DNA of 42,347 nucleotides from Sandaracinaceae bacterium (GTDB lineage: Bacteria; Myxococcota_A; Polyangia; Polyangiales; Houyiibacteriaceae), in the NCBI GenBank assembly GCA_012514415.1, contig JAAZAH010000248.1:1-42347 (forward strand). The letters are read 5' to 3'. Below the pieces are notes generated by a model. That model ran no database searches. It saw only the letters and a list, made by a program, of their open reading frames with translations, and was not told the DNA's origin. Positions 24,132-35,333 of this stretch are shown here, piece after piece (within the stretch, counting starts at the first letter, position 1; each line of letters begins with the position of its first letter). A program made the position numbers and the translations under genes.

Positions 24132-27100
24132 TTAGCCCTTGAGTGAAGAGAGAAGATCGGCGGCTTGGCTATGATCCTTCTCCTCGCTGAGCGCGCGCTC
24201 GAGCATCGAGATCGCCCTTCGCGCATCGCCCTGCTTCGCCGCGATATCTCCGAGGTAGAAATAGATATCGCCCTTCGTGATGCCCGATTGATCGTCGAGG
24301 CGCTGAAGAAGGAGCGCCCGGAAGGTCTTCTGCGCTCGCTCGAGATCGCCCTGCTCGTAGCTCAGCTTCCCAAGATCTCGAAGCACGGCGATGTTTGTGA
24401 GATCGATACGGAAGGCCGACTCGTATTCTTCGAGCGCTTTGGCGATCTCGCCCATGCTCTGATACGCGCGTCCAAGCCGATGATGGAATGCCGCAAGCTC
24501 CTTGGTGCGCCGACCGCCGAAGCTCTCGATGATCTTTTCGAGGACGGGGATCGCATCGGTCTGTCGTCCTGCGTCGACATAGAGATCGCAGAGCGGAAGG
24601 AGGATCTCGCGATCGTCCGGTGCTAGGGCGGAAGCCTTCTCAAGGTATTCGGCCGCGCGCGCCGGATCGCTCAGGCGATGTTGATAGAGCTCAGCGAGGC
24701 TGCGTAGGTGCGCGATCTTCGCCGCATCATCGGCGGCCTCCTCGAACTCGAGCTCGAGCAGATCGCCAAGCGCTTCAAAGTTCCCCTTGCGCTCGTGGAA
24801 AGCTTTGAGCGCGGCTCGGCTCTCGACGTCCGAGGGATCGAGATCGAGGGCAAAGCGAAGGGCGCGCTCTTCGAGGGTGACGTCGGCGAGCTTCTCGCGC
24901 GCCATCTCGGCGAGCTCCCTCGCGCGCTGCAGCGCGTCGGAAGGCTCGCGGAGGGCAAGTGAGCGTTCAAGGATCGCTGCAGCCTGGATCTCATCGCCCG
25001 CCTCGCTATGGATGCGGAAGAGCGCATCCAAGGTCGCGAGATCCTCGGGCGCGAGCTCGAGGACGCGCTCGTAATAACCGATGGCTCCGTCGCGATCGCC
25101 GCGCTTTTCGAGGTGAAGATCGGCGAGCTGAAGGAGGATGGTGCGCTTTGTCTCGGGATCGTCTTCAGCGGAGAAGCGTCGCTCGGCGAGTTCGACCGCC
25201 TCATCGTAGCGCTCCTCGAGGACGTAGAGACGTTCGAGCTCGCTGAGGGCCTCGGCATTCGAAGCGTCGAGATCGAGGGTCTCTTGGAGCACGTCGATCG
25301 CCTCGGCACGTCGGCCGAACGCCGTCTCCTCAAGACGCGCCATCCGAACCCTCGCAGCGATGCGGTCCGCATCGGTCTCGGCGAGATCGAGGCGACGATC
25401 GATGAGCTCACGCAGATCATCCCAGCGTTCGGCCTTCTCGTAGAGCTCTTCGAGTGCTGAAATGGCGGCGAGATCGCCCGGCTCTTCGTCGAGGATGCCC
25501 ATGAAGGCCTCGATGGCTCGCTCGCTATCTTCGAGCCGGCCGCCGTAGAGCGCGCCGACGCGCCGGCGCAAGCTAAGACGCGTATCCGGATCGTCTTCGA
25601 CCTCGATCCGGCGCTCGTAAAGCTCGGCGAGTTCCGTCCACTCTTCGCGCGCTTCACGGAGGCGCGAGAGCTCTGCCAACGCTTCACGTTCGCTCGGATC
25701 GTTCTCGAGGAGGGCCTCAAGATGCACGATGGCCTCATCGACCTTCCCAAGCGACTCGGAAATGCGAGCCGCCTCGAGACGGAGCTCCCGAAGAAGATCA
25801 TCGCCGGGACCTCGCTCGGCCCATGCGCTCAAGGCGGCAACGAGCTTCTCCGGATCGCCCTCCTCCCTGAGGAGCGCGACGAGCTGTGAATTCGCCTCTT
25901 CGGATTCGGGATCTCCTTCGATGGCTGAGCGGAGCCGGCTCTCAGCTGCCTCTCGATCGCCCAGCTGATCGCGATACCACCCCGCGGCGCGCAGGTTGAG
26001 ATCGTGCCGGTTCATCGGATCAAGCCCAGCCTCTTGGGCGCGCTCGACGAGCCCACGGAGCTTCTCCGTGGCGCCCGCGAGAAGCGCGAGACGCTCGATC
26101 TCGTCGATCATCGAGATGTCGGTCGGCTCCAGCTCGAAGGCGCGGAGGCGCGCCGTAAGCGCGCGTGTCGGCTCGCGCAGTTCCTCTTCCCAGAGCGCCG
26201 CCGCTTCGAGATAGAGCGCAACCTTCTCTCCCGGGTTCATCGCGAGTTCGACGCGCCTCGTGTAGAGCTCGGCCGCGGCGCGAAGATCGCCCGACTCACG
26301 ATAGGCGCGGTCGAGGACTTCGATGCAGTCGTGGACAAGGCCCGGATCCTCGGCGATCTCGAAGAGCGCTTCGCGCGCGTCCATACGCGAGGGCTCGATC
26401 TCGAGCATCCGCGAGTACGCATCGAAGGCACCGTTCAGATCGGCGAACCGCTCTTTGCGAATGGCGCCGATGCGCGCAAGGAAGTCGAGCTGCGCCTCGG
26501 GTTCGAGCGCCGCTTCGAGCCGTTTTTCAAGCACCGGCGCGAGCTCGTCGTATTGCTCGCGCAGCGTATAGAGCCGATCGAGTTGCTCGAGGATCAACTC
26601 ATCGTCGGGGTTGGCTTCGGCCGCCCGGGCCATCGTTCGCGCGGCCCGCTCGAGATCTTCGAGCGCGCCCTCGGCGATCTCCGAGACGCGCTTGAAGAGC
26701 CGTGCGCGCATATCCGGATCGCCCACCGTTTGAGCCGAGTTCTCGAATAGATCGGCGAGCTCGGCGAATTTGCCGGTCTCGTCGCCGAGCCGGTCGAGCT
26801 CGTGGAAGATCGTCTCGTCCTCCGGCTCCTCGGCGAATGCACGCGCATAGGCGTCGAACGCCGCCGGGAGATCACCGCGGCAGGCGTCGTGAACTTCGGC
26901 AAGCGCGCGAAGCTTTTCTTTCTTCCCGAAAGGATCGACGCTTCCGGCAGCCGATAGCTCGAGGATCTCGGCAAGCTCATCAAAGCGCGACAGTTCGCGG
27001 AGGCGCGGCTCGAGAATCTCGGCGGCGCGCTCCCGGTATTGCTCGAGTCGAGCGATGCGCATAAGCGCCTCCAGCGCTTCGCTGCTTTCGGGATCGTGCA

Positions 27101-30100
27101 AGAAGACCTCCTCGTAGGTCGTGATGGCCTCTTCGACGTCGTCGAGATCGCGTTCGAGCACCTCGCCGGCGCGGAGGATGAGCGCAACCTTCGGCGCACC
27201 TTCAGCGAGATCCGCTTGCGTGCGCAGGATGTCGAGGAGGTTTCGGTGATCGCCCTTTCGCTCAAAGAGCCGCGCCAGACCGGAGAGCGCTTCACCGTGC
27301 GCGGGATCGATCAGGATCACATTCTCGAGTGCAGCGATCGCCCGGTCGGCATCGTCGAGCTGAACCTCATGGAGACTCGCGAGGCGAAGGCCGAGCGCGA
27401 TCCGCTCCGAATCCTCATCTTCGAGCCCGATGAGCCGCTCGACCACCTCGGCGAGCGCCGCATAATCGGCTTTCGCGAGATAGAGCCGGTCGAGCGCTTC
27501 GAGCGCGTTGCGGTCGCTCTCATCTTCATCCGCCGCGCGGCGATAAAGCTCGATCGCACGTTCGGGATCGACCACGAGCTCTTCGACGACACTCGCGGCG
27601 CGGCGGAGGAGCTCCGCTCGCTCGATCGGATCGACCGAGCGCTCAACCTTCTTCTCGATCACGGCGACCATCCCGAGCCAATCGCCGACCATCGTGTGAA
27701 GTTCTTCGAGCGCGTCGTGCGGCGCGGGATCGTCGGGTAGGAGCTCGGCAAGGCGCTCGTAGGTCGCGATCGCGGCGCGCGAATCACCAAGACGCTCATC
27801 CTGATAGCGCGCCACCTGTTCGAGGAGCTCTCCGGCGCGGACGGGATCGTCGCTCACCCCTTCGGCGGCGCGCTGATAGCCCGCAACCAGCTCCTCATAG
27901 CAGCCAAGCTCATCGGCAAGACGATCGGCCTCATAGCGCGCCTCATCCTCCATGGGATCGGCTTCGAAGGCGCGCAGGAACGCCTCGAAGGCGTGGTTCA
28001 AATCCCCGCCGTTTTCTTCATGAAGCCGCGCGATCTCGAGGAGGATATCCCGCCGATCCACCGGATCGTCGCTATGTTGAGCGCGCGCTTCGAGGATGGC
28101 GATCTGCTTCATCCACTGCCCCGAGTCGCGATAGAGCGGCTCGAGGATCTCGCTGATTCGAACCTGCGCCGATTCGATGACGATCCATTCCTCGAGCGTG
28201 GCGATGGCGCCCGAATGATCCGGATCGTCGCCAACGATCTCTTCGAGGAGATCGATCGCCTCGTCGGTTGAATCGAGCTCTTCGTGAAGGAGGCGAGCAA
28301 GGCGGTGTCGCGTCTCATTGCGCGCCGCATCCTCGAGTTCACCCTCTGCACGGAAGCGGAGGTGATCGGCGAGCTCCTCGTAGCGCTTGGTTTGACGAAG
28401 CAGCTTTTCAACGGCATCGAGCGCCGGGCGATAGCTGGGATCGCTCTCGAGCGCGCTTCGATAGAACGCGAGCGCCGCTTCAACATCCGCGCGCTTGACC
28501 TCTTCGATGATCGCAGCGCGGCGAAGGATCTCGACGCGCTCGTCCTCAGTCTCCGCGTTATCGGCGCCGGCGCGATAGAGCTCAACGAGTTCGGCCCAAT
28601 CCTCGAGCTCCTTGAGGGTGCGCTCGAGGGATTCGAAGACGTCGCGATTCGAGGGATCGAAATCGAGCGCGCGCTTGAGGAGCGGCGCCGCCTTCGCGGG
28701 GGCATTCACTCGATCGAGATAGTAGTGCCCTGCGAGACTTGAAAGCTCGGCTGTTTCGGGACCGTCGACGTCGATTTTTTCAAGCGCCTCGGCGAAGATA
28801 TCCGCGAGCCTCTCCCAACGATCCTGAACGCGGGCGAGTCGGGTGAGCGTCTCCCAAGTCTCCTGATCGTAGGGATCTTCATTGAAGAGCCGCGCATACG
28901 CCTCGAGCGCGCCATCGAGATCCTCGAGATAATCCTCGTGGAGCTGGCCCATGCGTTCGAAGATCTCTTTTCTCGCCTCAAGATCATCCTCGATGGAGAG
29001 GCAGGCATCGAGCGCCGCACTCACCTTCGCCCAATCCGAGCGCGAGAGATAGACGGGCTCGAGGAGACGAGCTGCGTCGCCTCGGAAGCGATCGCCTGCC
29101 ATCAGCTCTTCGAGATAGCTCACCGTCTCGTCGTGTTCCGCACCGCTGACGGTATTCTCTTTGAGGAGATCGAAGGCCGTGAAGGGATCGTCCCGTTTGT
29201 CAAGGAGAAGCCGAGCGAGCGCGAGACGAGCGGACGCGATCTCTCCAATGCCCTCGTCGATTTGACGCTCAAGGAGCTGAATCAGGTCGTCATAGCGCCG
29301 CGCACGTCGATAAAGGCGCGCGAGCGATTCGAAGGTGCTGACGTCCCGAGCACCCAGGTCGATGACCCGCTCGAGGCTGTCGATGGCCCCGCTGATGTCT
29401 TCGAGCTTTTCCTCAGCGATCGAAGCAAAGCGCAGGAGAACTTCGGCCTGCTCGGCGTCGCTCTCGGCGATCTCGGCTTTTCGCCGCAGGATATCGGCCA
29501 GCGCTTCGTGCTCCTCCATATCGACGAAGAGACGATCGAGTGCGTGGAGCGCGCCCCGATGCTCGGGCTGGTTCTCGAGCGCGCGCTCGTAATAGGTTCG
29601 CGCCGTCGCTTTGTCTCCGAGTCGATCGAGCGCGATCGTCGCGATCTCCATCAACACCTCGACGACAAGCTCGCCGTCCATGATGTCGGGCGCGGCTTGT
29701 TTGAGGATCTCGACGTGCGCTTCGGGCTCATCGGCGCGCTCGGCCACCCGGCGAAGCTCGGCTACGAGATCGCCCGCGTCATCCGATGAGGCACCGACAA
29801 GAAGCGCCCGTCCCATCAGCTCGAAGGCGCGCTTTGCGCCATCGTCCGCAAGATCGGCGATCTCCGACGCACGCCGGAGCGATTCGACGCGCTCGTAGGC
29901 ATCGTCACTTTCGCCGAGCACCTCGAGCGCGCGGATCAAGCCCTCATGATCGCCTCTCGCCTCGAAGACGGGGCGGAGCGCGCGAGCGGCGCTCACACGA
30001 TGTTCGAGATCGTCACCAAAAGCGATGGAAGAGAGCGATTCGAGCGCGCCCTGGTGTTCCGGGCGCTCGCTCAAGATGTCTTCAAGGATCTCGATGGCAC

Positions 30101-33100
30101 TTTCGATATCGCGCGTATGCTTCCTCTGGATTTCGGCGATCTGATAGCGGAGCTCGGCCCGCTCACTCGGCTCCTCCGTAAGCTCGCTCCGCGTCTCGAG
30201 GATCTCGCGGAGGTCTTCCCATTTCTCTCCCTTTTCGTAGAGCCTTGTGAGCGCGATGAGCGTGGACTCATCGGTCGAAAAGCGCGAAAGCACCTCGTTG
30301 TACGCCACGATGGCGTTTTCGGCATCGTTCAACTTGGTTTCGTAGATCTCACCAATGCGCCGACAGATCTCGAGCTGCTCATCCTCCTCATCGGCGACCG
30401 TTTCATGGTTCTGAAGCACGCCGATAAGTTCGAGCCACTCCCCATTTTGCTCATGAAGGCGCTCGAGCGCTCTGAGCGCGCCGCGATCGGCCGGATCGTG
30501 CTCGAGCCGCTCACGGTGTGTGGCGATGGCGCCTTCGAGATCGCCGAGTTGAAGCTCGTAAAGATCCGCGACGCGAATGAGAAGCGCATTTCGTGCTTCG
30601 TAATCGTCTTCGTAGCGCGCCTGGCGGCGAAGATCTTCAATGAGCGCCGGATAATCCTCGCTCGCAAGATGGATCCGCTCGAGCGCCTTGGAGACCGTCA
30701 TCACAGTCTCGGGGTTGTCGGGGTCGATGTCGAGGAGCCGGACGAAGACCTTCTTCGCACGCTCATCATCGCCGATTTCGTCTTGGAGGAGCGCGCCGAC
30801 GACGAGGAGGATCTCTGCCTCGACATAAGGCGTATTGGAGTTTTCTGCCGCACGGAGAAGCGAGGCTGCGGCGCCTTCGAGATCGCCCTTTCGACGTGCG
30901 ACGCGAAGAAGAGATTCGCGCGCGGGGAGATCGTCGGGATCGACTTCGACCGCGCTCGCGAGCGCCGAGAACGCGCGCTCGAGATCGTTGAGATTCCTCT
31001 CGGCGATCTCGGCGAGACGCACATAAAGGGAGAGACGATGCGCAGGATCGGCCGCCTCATCGAGCTGCACTTCGAGGATGCGGGTGAGCTCGGGCCAGGC
31101 GCCTTGGCTTTCGTAGAGGGGTTCAAGGATGGTGGCGATCCGCTGGCGCTCGCTCTTCGTGTCGAGGATGCGTTCGAGCGCCTCTTGAGCGGCGAGGTGC
31201 CTTGGGCTTCGCTCGAGAACCAGTTCGAAATGATCGACCGCGTGGTGCGGCTCATTCAGCCTCTTCTCGTAAAGCTCACCCACCTCGAGATGGAGCTCGA
31301 TGGCTTCTTGGCCTTCGGCAGTCTCGAGGTTCTCGAGAAGGATGGCGACCAGATCGGACCAGCGCTCGCGCTGCCGGTAAAGACGCTCGAGCGCGACCTG
31401 GCTCGGCGCGTGATCGGGAGCGAGTTCGAGCACTGCCTGATACGACTCGATCGCCATGTCGGGCTCTTCGAGAATCTCCTCGAAAAGAAAGCAGACCTGG
31501 CGGAGGAGCTCGAGTTTCCCGTCCGGATCGCTCGTCTCTGCGATGCGATTGCGATAGAGCGCCTGAAGGTCGTCCCAGCGCTCGCGCGTCGTATAGAGCT
31601 CCTTCAGCGACTCGAATGAGGTGTCGTCAAGTGGGTCGAGGGCCAGGCGCTTCTTATGGAAGGGCTCGGCCTTCTCGCTCTCGCCGAGGATCGTGTCGTA
31701 GATCTCGGCGGCGCGGCCGGAAAGCTCGCTGATGACGCTCGGATCGAGATCGTCCGAAGCCTCGAGCGCGGTGCTCAGGGCCTCAGCGAGCTCACGGTGA
31801 GCGTTCGCGGCTTCGGCGGCGCCTCCCAAGCGGTCCCAAAGCTCGGCATCGTCGGGGCGCTCGAGAAAGGCGGCTTCAAGCGCGCGATAGGCGCCCTTGG
31901 GATCGTTGAGTTCGGACGCCGCGAGTTCGGCGAGGCGAAGGCGGAGCTCCTGCTTCTCGAGTTCATCGTCCAATGCGTCGAGGCGCTTTTTGAGGATCTC
32001 CGCGAGGCGCGCGTAGTTCCCCTTGCGGGTATAAGCCGCTTCAAGATAGCGACCCGCCTCGATGGCCTGGGCGGGAATCTCCCGATCGATGCGCTCGAGC
32101 GCGGCGATTGCCATCGCACTCTGACGATCGAATTCGAGCGCGCGACCCAGCCTCTCCACGCCCTCCTCGGCCTGATTGAGTTCGAAGGCCTGAAGGCTAC
32201 CGAGACGGGTTTCGAGCTCGGCTCGCGCCGCGTCGTCGAGGTCAAGTCGATCGAGACGTCGCTCAAGGATGCTCGCCTGCTCTTGGTGGAGCCCGAGCGC
32301 GCCGGTCAGACGATCGAGGCCCTCGAGGGCTTCAGCATGAGCCGGTTCGATCTCGATCAGCTCACGATAGAACTTCGCCGCGCGTTCGTGATTTCCGCGA
32401 AGCTCCTCTTCGAGGCGAGCGAGACCAAGGAGCGTCTCCACCCGCGCCGCCTCGTCTTCGATGTGCTCGAGGCGGTGCTCGTAAAGTGACACGAGGTCGT
32501 CGATGCGGTTCAAGTCGCGATAGAGAGCGTCCAGCTTGCGGAGCGCCTCTCCGTCCTGAGGCTCGGCCTCGAGAATCGCGTTGAGCTGGTCAATTGCCTC
32601 TTCTGTATCGCTCAGCTGCTCGTTTGCGAAGGCCGCGATGCGGCGGCGAAGCTCGAGCGCTTCATCGTGAGGAGCGCCCGGAAGCCGGGCCTTGTAGAGC
32701 TCCACAACGCGTTCATAGTCACCGACGAGTCCCGCGAGCTTCTCGAGCGATGTGCGGACGTCCGCGTCACTCGGTTCGACTTCGAAGGCTCGGACGGCCC
32801 ATCCGAACGCGCCCTTCTCATCGCTCATCTTTTCAAGGCGAAGATCGCGGATGCGCTGAGCAAGTTCGAGCTTCTCTTCAGGCGCGGGCGCATCTTTTTG
32901 CGCCGGATCGGCGTTCGCGAGGATCTCGAGCATCTCGACGAGCCGGGGCCATTTCTCATCGTGCGTATAAATCGGCACGAGTGCCTTCGCGGCGCGGAGG
33001 TTGCCCGGATCAAGGTTCAGAACGCGCTCATAGCTACGGAAGCCACGCTGCGGCTCGCCGATTCGCTCAGCATAGACCGCGGCCGCGCGGAAGCTGAGTT

Positions 33101-35333
33101 CGATCTTCTCTTCGACGTCCTCGACCCGCTCGGCGCCCTTGCCGAGCACGTCAACGAGCCCCTCCCAATCTTCGGTCTCGGCGTAGAGCGCCTCGAGGGC
33201 ATCATAATCGCGCGCACGAAGGTAGCTCTCGCGAAGTGTGCGGAGCGCGCGGCCATTTTTCGGATCGATGGCGAGGAGACGCTTCCACGCCTCGGCAGCG
33301 GCCTGTGCGTCGTCGAGGCGATCTCCAAGGGTCTGCCCAAGCTTTTGAAGGAGTGCCGCTCGCTCTTGATCGCTCTCGGAACGCTCGATCTTCTTCTCAA
33401 GGGCTTCGACAAGGCTCGGCCAATCCTGAGCACGCTCGGCGAGCCGCTCAATTTGCTCGTAGGCTTCCGCTTCATCCCCCGAGAGCTCGGCGATCTTTTT
33501 CCATTCGCCGATCGCTTCGCCATACTCGTGAAGGCGTTCGCCGCGGATTTGCGCGAGTTCACGGCGGAGGTCGAGCGGATCGCCTTCGCCGAGCTCGAGC
33601 ATTCGCCCAAGCACTTCCGCCAGCTTCGCCCATGCGCGCTTCTTCGCGTAGATCTGCCGGAGCTGCTGGAGGGCCTCGAGGTGGTTGGGATCGAGTTCGA
33701 CGATGGCTTCAAGCGGTTTGGTCGCCTGGTTGAAGTTCGCAAAGCGCTCGATCCAGAGCGTCGCCGTCCGGAGATGAAGCGCGATCTGCGTATCGCGATC
33801 TTCTTCGATTTCGGCGCGCTTCGCGAGAAGCTGAAGAAGCTCATTCCACCGGCCGAGGCTCTCGTATGTGCTCGCAAGGTCCCTGAAGGCACGCTCGTTC
33901 TTCGGATCGAGGGCGAGGATCTGCTGCGAGGTCTGCACCACCATCGCATCGAGGCCGAGGCGATCGCGATAGAGCGTGACGAGCTCTTCGAGGATCTCGA
34001 GTTTGCGCTCGAGCGCATCGTCGCCGAGAGAGTCGAACTCGGCGCGAAGCACTTCAACGAGCGCGTTCCACTTATCTCCCTGCGCGAAGAGCTCGCGGAG
34101 CGCCTCTTGCGCGCGCGTGTTGCTTCGATCGAGCCGCTGAACGGATTTCCAAGCGTCGATCGCGCGCTCGACGATTCCCGATCGCTGGGCGGCCTCGGCA
34201 AGGCGGATGGAGAGCGCGAGCTTTTCTTCGGGATCCGTCACGACTCGCTGTGCATCGCTCAGAATGGAGACGAGCTTCCCCTCCGGATCGCCACCTTCGT
34301 AGTAGCTCTCGTAGAAGTTGAGCATCGCGCCATTGCGCGGATCGAGCTTACGGAGGCGGGCAAAATACGGCTCGGCGCTTTCTGCATCGCCCCGCATCCG
34401 GTAATGGACCATGCCGATCTGAAGCAGGATCCCCTGCTCATCCTCGAGGCGCTGCCGGCCTCTCAGCGCATCGTCATAGATCGCGACGACATGGTCCCAT
34501 TCCTCACGCTCGGTGAAGTATCCGACGAGGAATTCCATCGCCTCGGTATGGCCCGGCGTGAAATCGATCACTCGCTCATAGCAAGAGGCCGCACCCTCCT
34601 CATCCTCGAGGAAATGTCGCCGGAGACGTCCCGCGTGGAGATAGCATTGGAGCTTTTCGTCGCGATTTCTCCCCGCATCACCGGCGGCGAGGAGAAGACT
34701 CGCCAGCTCTTCATAACGCTCCTCGGCCCGAAGCATCACGCTATAGAGGCGCACAGGGCGCATCTGCCCCGGCTCCACGGAGACGGCGAGCCGGAAGAGT
34801 TCGTCGACCTTTTCGCGGCTTTCTTCGCCGCCGTACATATAGAGCGTCGCTGCGGCTCGGCTCAAAAACGAAGACTTCAGCGTAGGATCGCTCGCCGCCT
34901 CGGCCTCTTCAACGAAGCGCGCGGCGATGTCTTGGTAGCTGCTTTCGGCGTGCTCCATCTGCTCGAGTGCCTCTTCGGCCTGCTCGTCCTCGGGGTCGAT
35001 CTCAAGGACCTTTTGATAGGCCTCGAGTGCCCCCTCGGCGTCGAGGAGCTCTTCTCGCCGAATGCGTCCAAGCTCGCGATAGAGCGCGGCTTGAAAGGAA
35101 GGATCGTCCCCGACCATCCGCGCTTCGATGTCGATGAGCGCAGCTGCCGCAAAATATTCAGCGCGCCGCTCGTGACCGACGCGCGCACTCTCGAGGAGGC
35201 GGACAGGATCGTCGCCGAGGGCTTCTTGGTCGCCCGATTCAACGATCGCTTTGATCCCCGCGATCGACTCAACATCAAAAGGGTCTTTTTGGAGACGAGC
35301 GAGATAATTCGAAACCGAAAGTTTGGTCATCAT
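24132..35333 (-). CDS. giant tetratricopeptide-repeat protein (about 3,733 aa from ATG 35333; 3,750 aa if TTG 35384)
   Basis: This is a single uninterrupted frame of 11.2 kb. From about residue 100 to the C-terminus the sequence is a continuous run of TPR-like helix pairs with the recurring motif A..Y..VL..DP.N..AL..L..LY......W.EL. AGGGGA lies just upstream of the ATG ATG pair at 35333/35330. I saw no signal peptide or TM helix. Confidence 0.9.
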   Translation of the reverse strand: MMTKLSVSNYLARLQKDPFDVESIAGIKAIVESGDQEALGDDPVRLLESARVGHERRAEYFAAAALIDIEARMVGDDPSFQAALYRELGRIRREELLDAEGALEAYQKVLEIDPEDEQAEEALEQMEHAESSYQDIAARFVEEAEAASDPTLKSSFLSRAAATLYMYGGEESREKVDELFRLAVSVEPGQMRPVRLYSVMLRAEERYEELASLLLAAGDAGRNRDEKLQCYLHAGRLRRHFLEDEEGAASCYERVIDFTPGHTEAMEFLVGYFTEREEWDHVVAIYDDALRGRQRLEDEQGILLQIGMVHYRMRGDAESAEPYFARLRKLDPRNGAMLNFYESYYEGGDPEGKLVSILSDAQRVVTDPEEKLALSIRLAEAAQRSGIVERAIDAWKSVQRLDRSNTRAQEALRELFAQGDKWNALVEVLRAEFDSLGDDALERKLEILEELVTLYRDRLGLDAMVVQTSQQILALDPKNERAFRDLASTYESLGRWNELLQLLAKRAEIEEDRDTQIALHLRTATLWIERFANFNQATKPLEAIVELDPNHLEALQQLRQIYAKKRAWAKLAEVLGRMLELGEGDPLDLRRELAQIRGERLHEYGEAIGEWKKIAELSGDEAEAYEQIERLAERAQDWPSLVEALEKKIERSESDQERAALLQKLGQTLGDRLDDAQAAAEAWKRLLAIDPKNGRALRTLRESYLRARDYDALEALYAETEDWEGLVDVLGKGAERVEDVEEKIELSFRAAAVYAERIGEPQRGFRSYERVLNLDPGNLRAAKALVPIYTHDEKWPRLVEMLEILANADPAQKDAPAPEEKLELAQRIRDLRLEKMSDEKGAFGWAVRAFEVEPSDADVRTSLEKLAGLVGDYERVVELYKARLPGAPHDEALELRRRIAAFANEQLSDTEEAIDQLNAILEAEPQDGEALRKLDALYRDLNRIDDLVSLYEHRLEHIEDEAARVETLLGLARLEEELRGNHERAAKFYRELIEIEPAHAEALEGLDRLTGALGLHQEQASILERRLDRLDLDDAARAELETRLGSLQAFELNQAEEGVERLGRALEFDRQSAMAIAALERIDREIPAQAIEAGRYLEAAYTRKGNYARLAEILKKRLDALDDELEKQELRLRLAELAASELNDPKGAYRALEAAFLERPDDAELWDRLGGAAEAANAHRELAEALSTALEASDDLDPSVISELSGRAAEIYDTILGESEKAEPFHKKRLALDPLDDTSFESLKELYTTRERWDDLQALYRNRIAETSDPDGKLELLRQVCFLFEEILEEPDMAIESYQAVLELAPDHAPSQVALERLYRQRERWSDLVAILLENLETAEGQEAIELHLEVGELYEKRLNEPHHAVDHFELVLERSPRHLAAQEALERILDTKSERQRIATILEPLYESQGAWPELTRILEVQLDEAADPAHRLSLYVRLAEIAERNLNDLERAFSALASAVEVDPDDLPARESLLRVARRKGDLEGAAASLLRAAENSNTPYVEAEILLVVGALLQDEIGDDERAKKVFVRLLDIDPDNPETVMTVSKALERIHLASEDYPALIEDLRRQARYEDDYEARNALLIRVADLYELQLGDLEGAIATHRERLEHDPADRGALRALERLHEQNGEWLELIGVLQNHETVADEEDEQLEICRRIGEIYETKLNDAENAIVAYNEVLSRFSTDESTLIALTRLYEKGEKWEDLREILETRSELTEEPSERAELRYQIAEIQRKHTRDIESAIEILEDILSERPEHQGALESLSSIAFGDDLEHRVSAARALRPVFEARGDHEGLIRALEVLGESDDAYERVESLRRASEIADLADDGAKRAFELMGRALLVGASSDDAGDLVAELRRVAERADEPEAHVEILKQAAPDIMDGELVVEVLMEIATIALDRLGDKATARTYYERALENQPEHRGALHALDRLFVDMEEHEALADILRRKAEIAESDAEQAEVLLRFASIAEEKLEDISGAIDSLERVIDLGARDVSTFESLARLYRRARRYDDLIQLLERQIDEGIGEIASARLALARLLLDKRDDPFTAFDLLKENTVSGAEHDETVSYLEELMAGDRFRGDAARLLEPVYLSRSDWAKVSAALDACLSIEDDLEARKEIFERMGQLHEDYLEDLDGALEAYARLFNEDPYDQETWETLTRLARVQDRWERLADIFAEALEKIDVDGPETAELSSLAGHYYLDRVNAPAKAAPLLKRALDFDPSNRDVFESLERTLKELEDWAELVELYRAGADNAETEDERVEILRRAAIIEEVKRADVEAALAFYRSALESDPSYRPALDAVEKLLRQTKRYEELADHLRFRAEGELEDAARNETRHRLARLLHEELDSTDEAIDLLEEIVGDDPDHSGAIATLEEWIVIESAQVRISEILEPLYRDSGQWMKQIAILEARAQHSDDPVDRRDILLEIARLHEENGGDLNHAFEAFLRAFEADPMEDEARYEADRLADELGCYEELVAGYQRAAEGVSDDPVRAGELLEQVARYQDERLGDSRAAIATYERLAELLPDDPAPHDALEELHTMVGDWLGMVAVIEKKVERSVDPIERAELLRRAASVVEELVVDPERAIELYRRAADEDESDRNALEALDRLYLAKADYAALAEVVERLIGLEDEDSERIALGLRLASLHEVQLDDADRAIAALENVILIDPAHGEALSGLARLFERKGDHRNLLDILRTQADLAEGAPKVALILRAGEVLERDLDDVEEAITTYEEVFLHDPESSEALEALMRIARLEQYRERAAEILEPRLRELSRFDELAEILELSAAGSVDPFGKKEKLRALAEVHDACRGDLPAAFDAYARAFAEEPEDETIFHELDRLGDETGKFAELADLFENSAQTVGDPDMRARLFKRVSEIAEGALEDLERAARTMARAAEANPDDELILEQLDRLYTLREQYDELAPVLEKRLEAALEPEAQLDFLARIGAIRKERFADLNGAFDAYSRMLEIEPSRMDAREALFEIAEDPGLVHDCIEVLDRAYRESGDLRAAAELYTRRVELAMNPGEKVALYLEAAALWEEELREPTRALTARLRAFELEPTDISMIDEIERLALLAGATEKLRGLVERAQEAGLDPMNRHDLNLRAAGWYRDQLGDREAAESRLRSAIEGDPESEEANSQLVALLREEGDPEKLVAALSAWAERGPGDDLLRELRLEAARISESLGKVDEAIVHLEALLENDPSEREALAELSRLREAREEWTELAELYERRIEVEDDPDTRLSLRRRVGALYGGRLEDSERAIEAFMGILDEEPGDLAAISALEELYEKAERWDDLRELIDRRLDLAETDADRIAARVRMARLEETAFGRRAEAIDVLQETLDLDASNAEALSELERLYVLEERYDEAVELAERRFSAEDDPETKRTILLQLADLHLEKRGDRDGAIGYYERVLELAPEDLATLDALFRIHSEAGDEIQAAAILERSLALREPSDALQRARELAEMAREKLADVTLEERALRFALDLDPSDVESRAALKAFHERKGNFEALGDLLELEFEEAADDAAKIAHLRSLAELYQHRLSDPARAAEYLEKASALAPDDREILLPLCDLYVDAGRQTDAIPVLEKIIESFGGRRTKELAAFHHRLGRAYQSMGEIAKALEEYESAFRIDLTNIAVLRDLGKLSYEQGDLERAQKTFRALLLQRLDDQSGITKGDIYFYLGDIAAKQGDARRAISMLERALSEEKDHSQAADLLSSLKG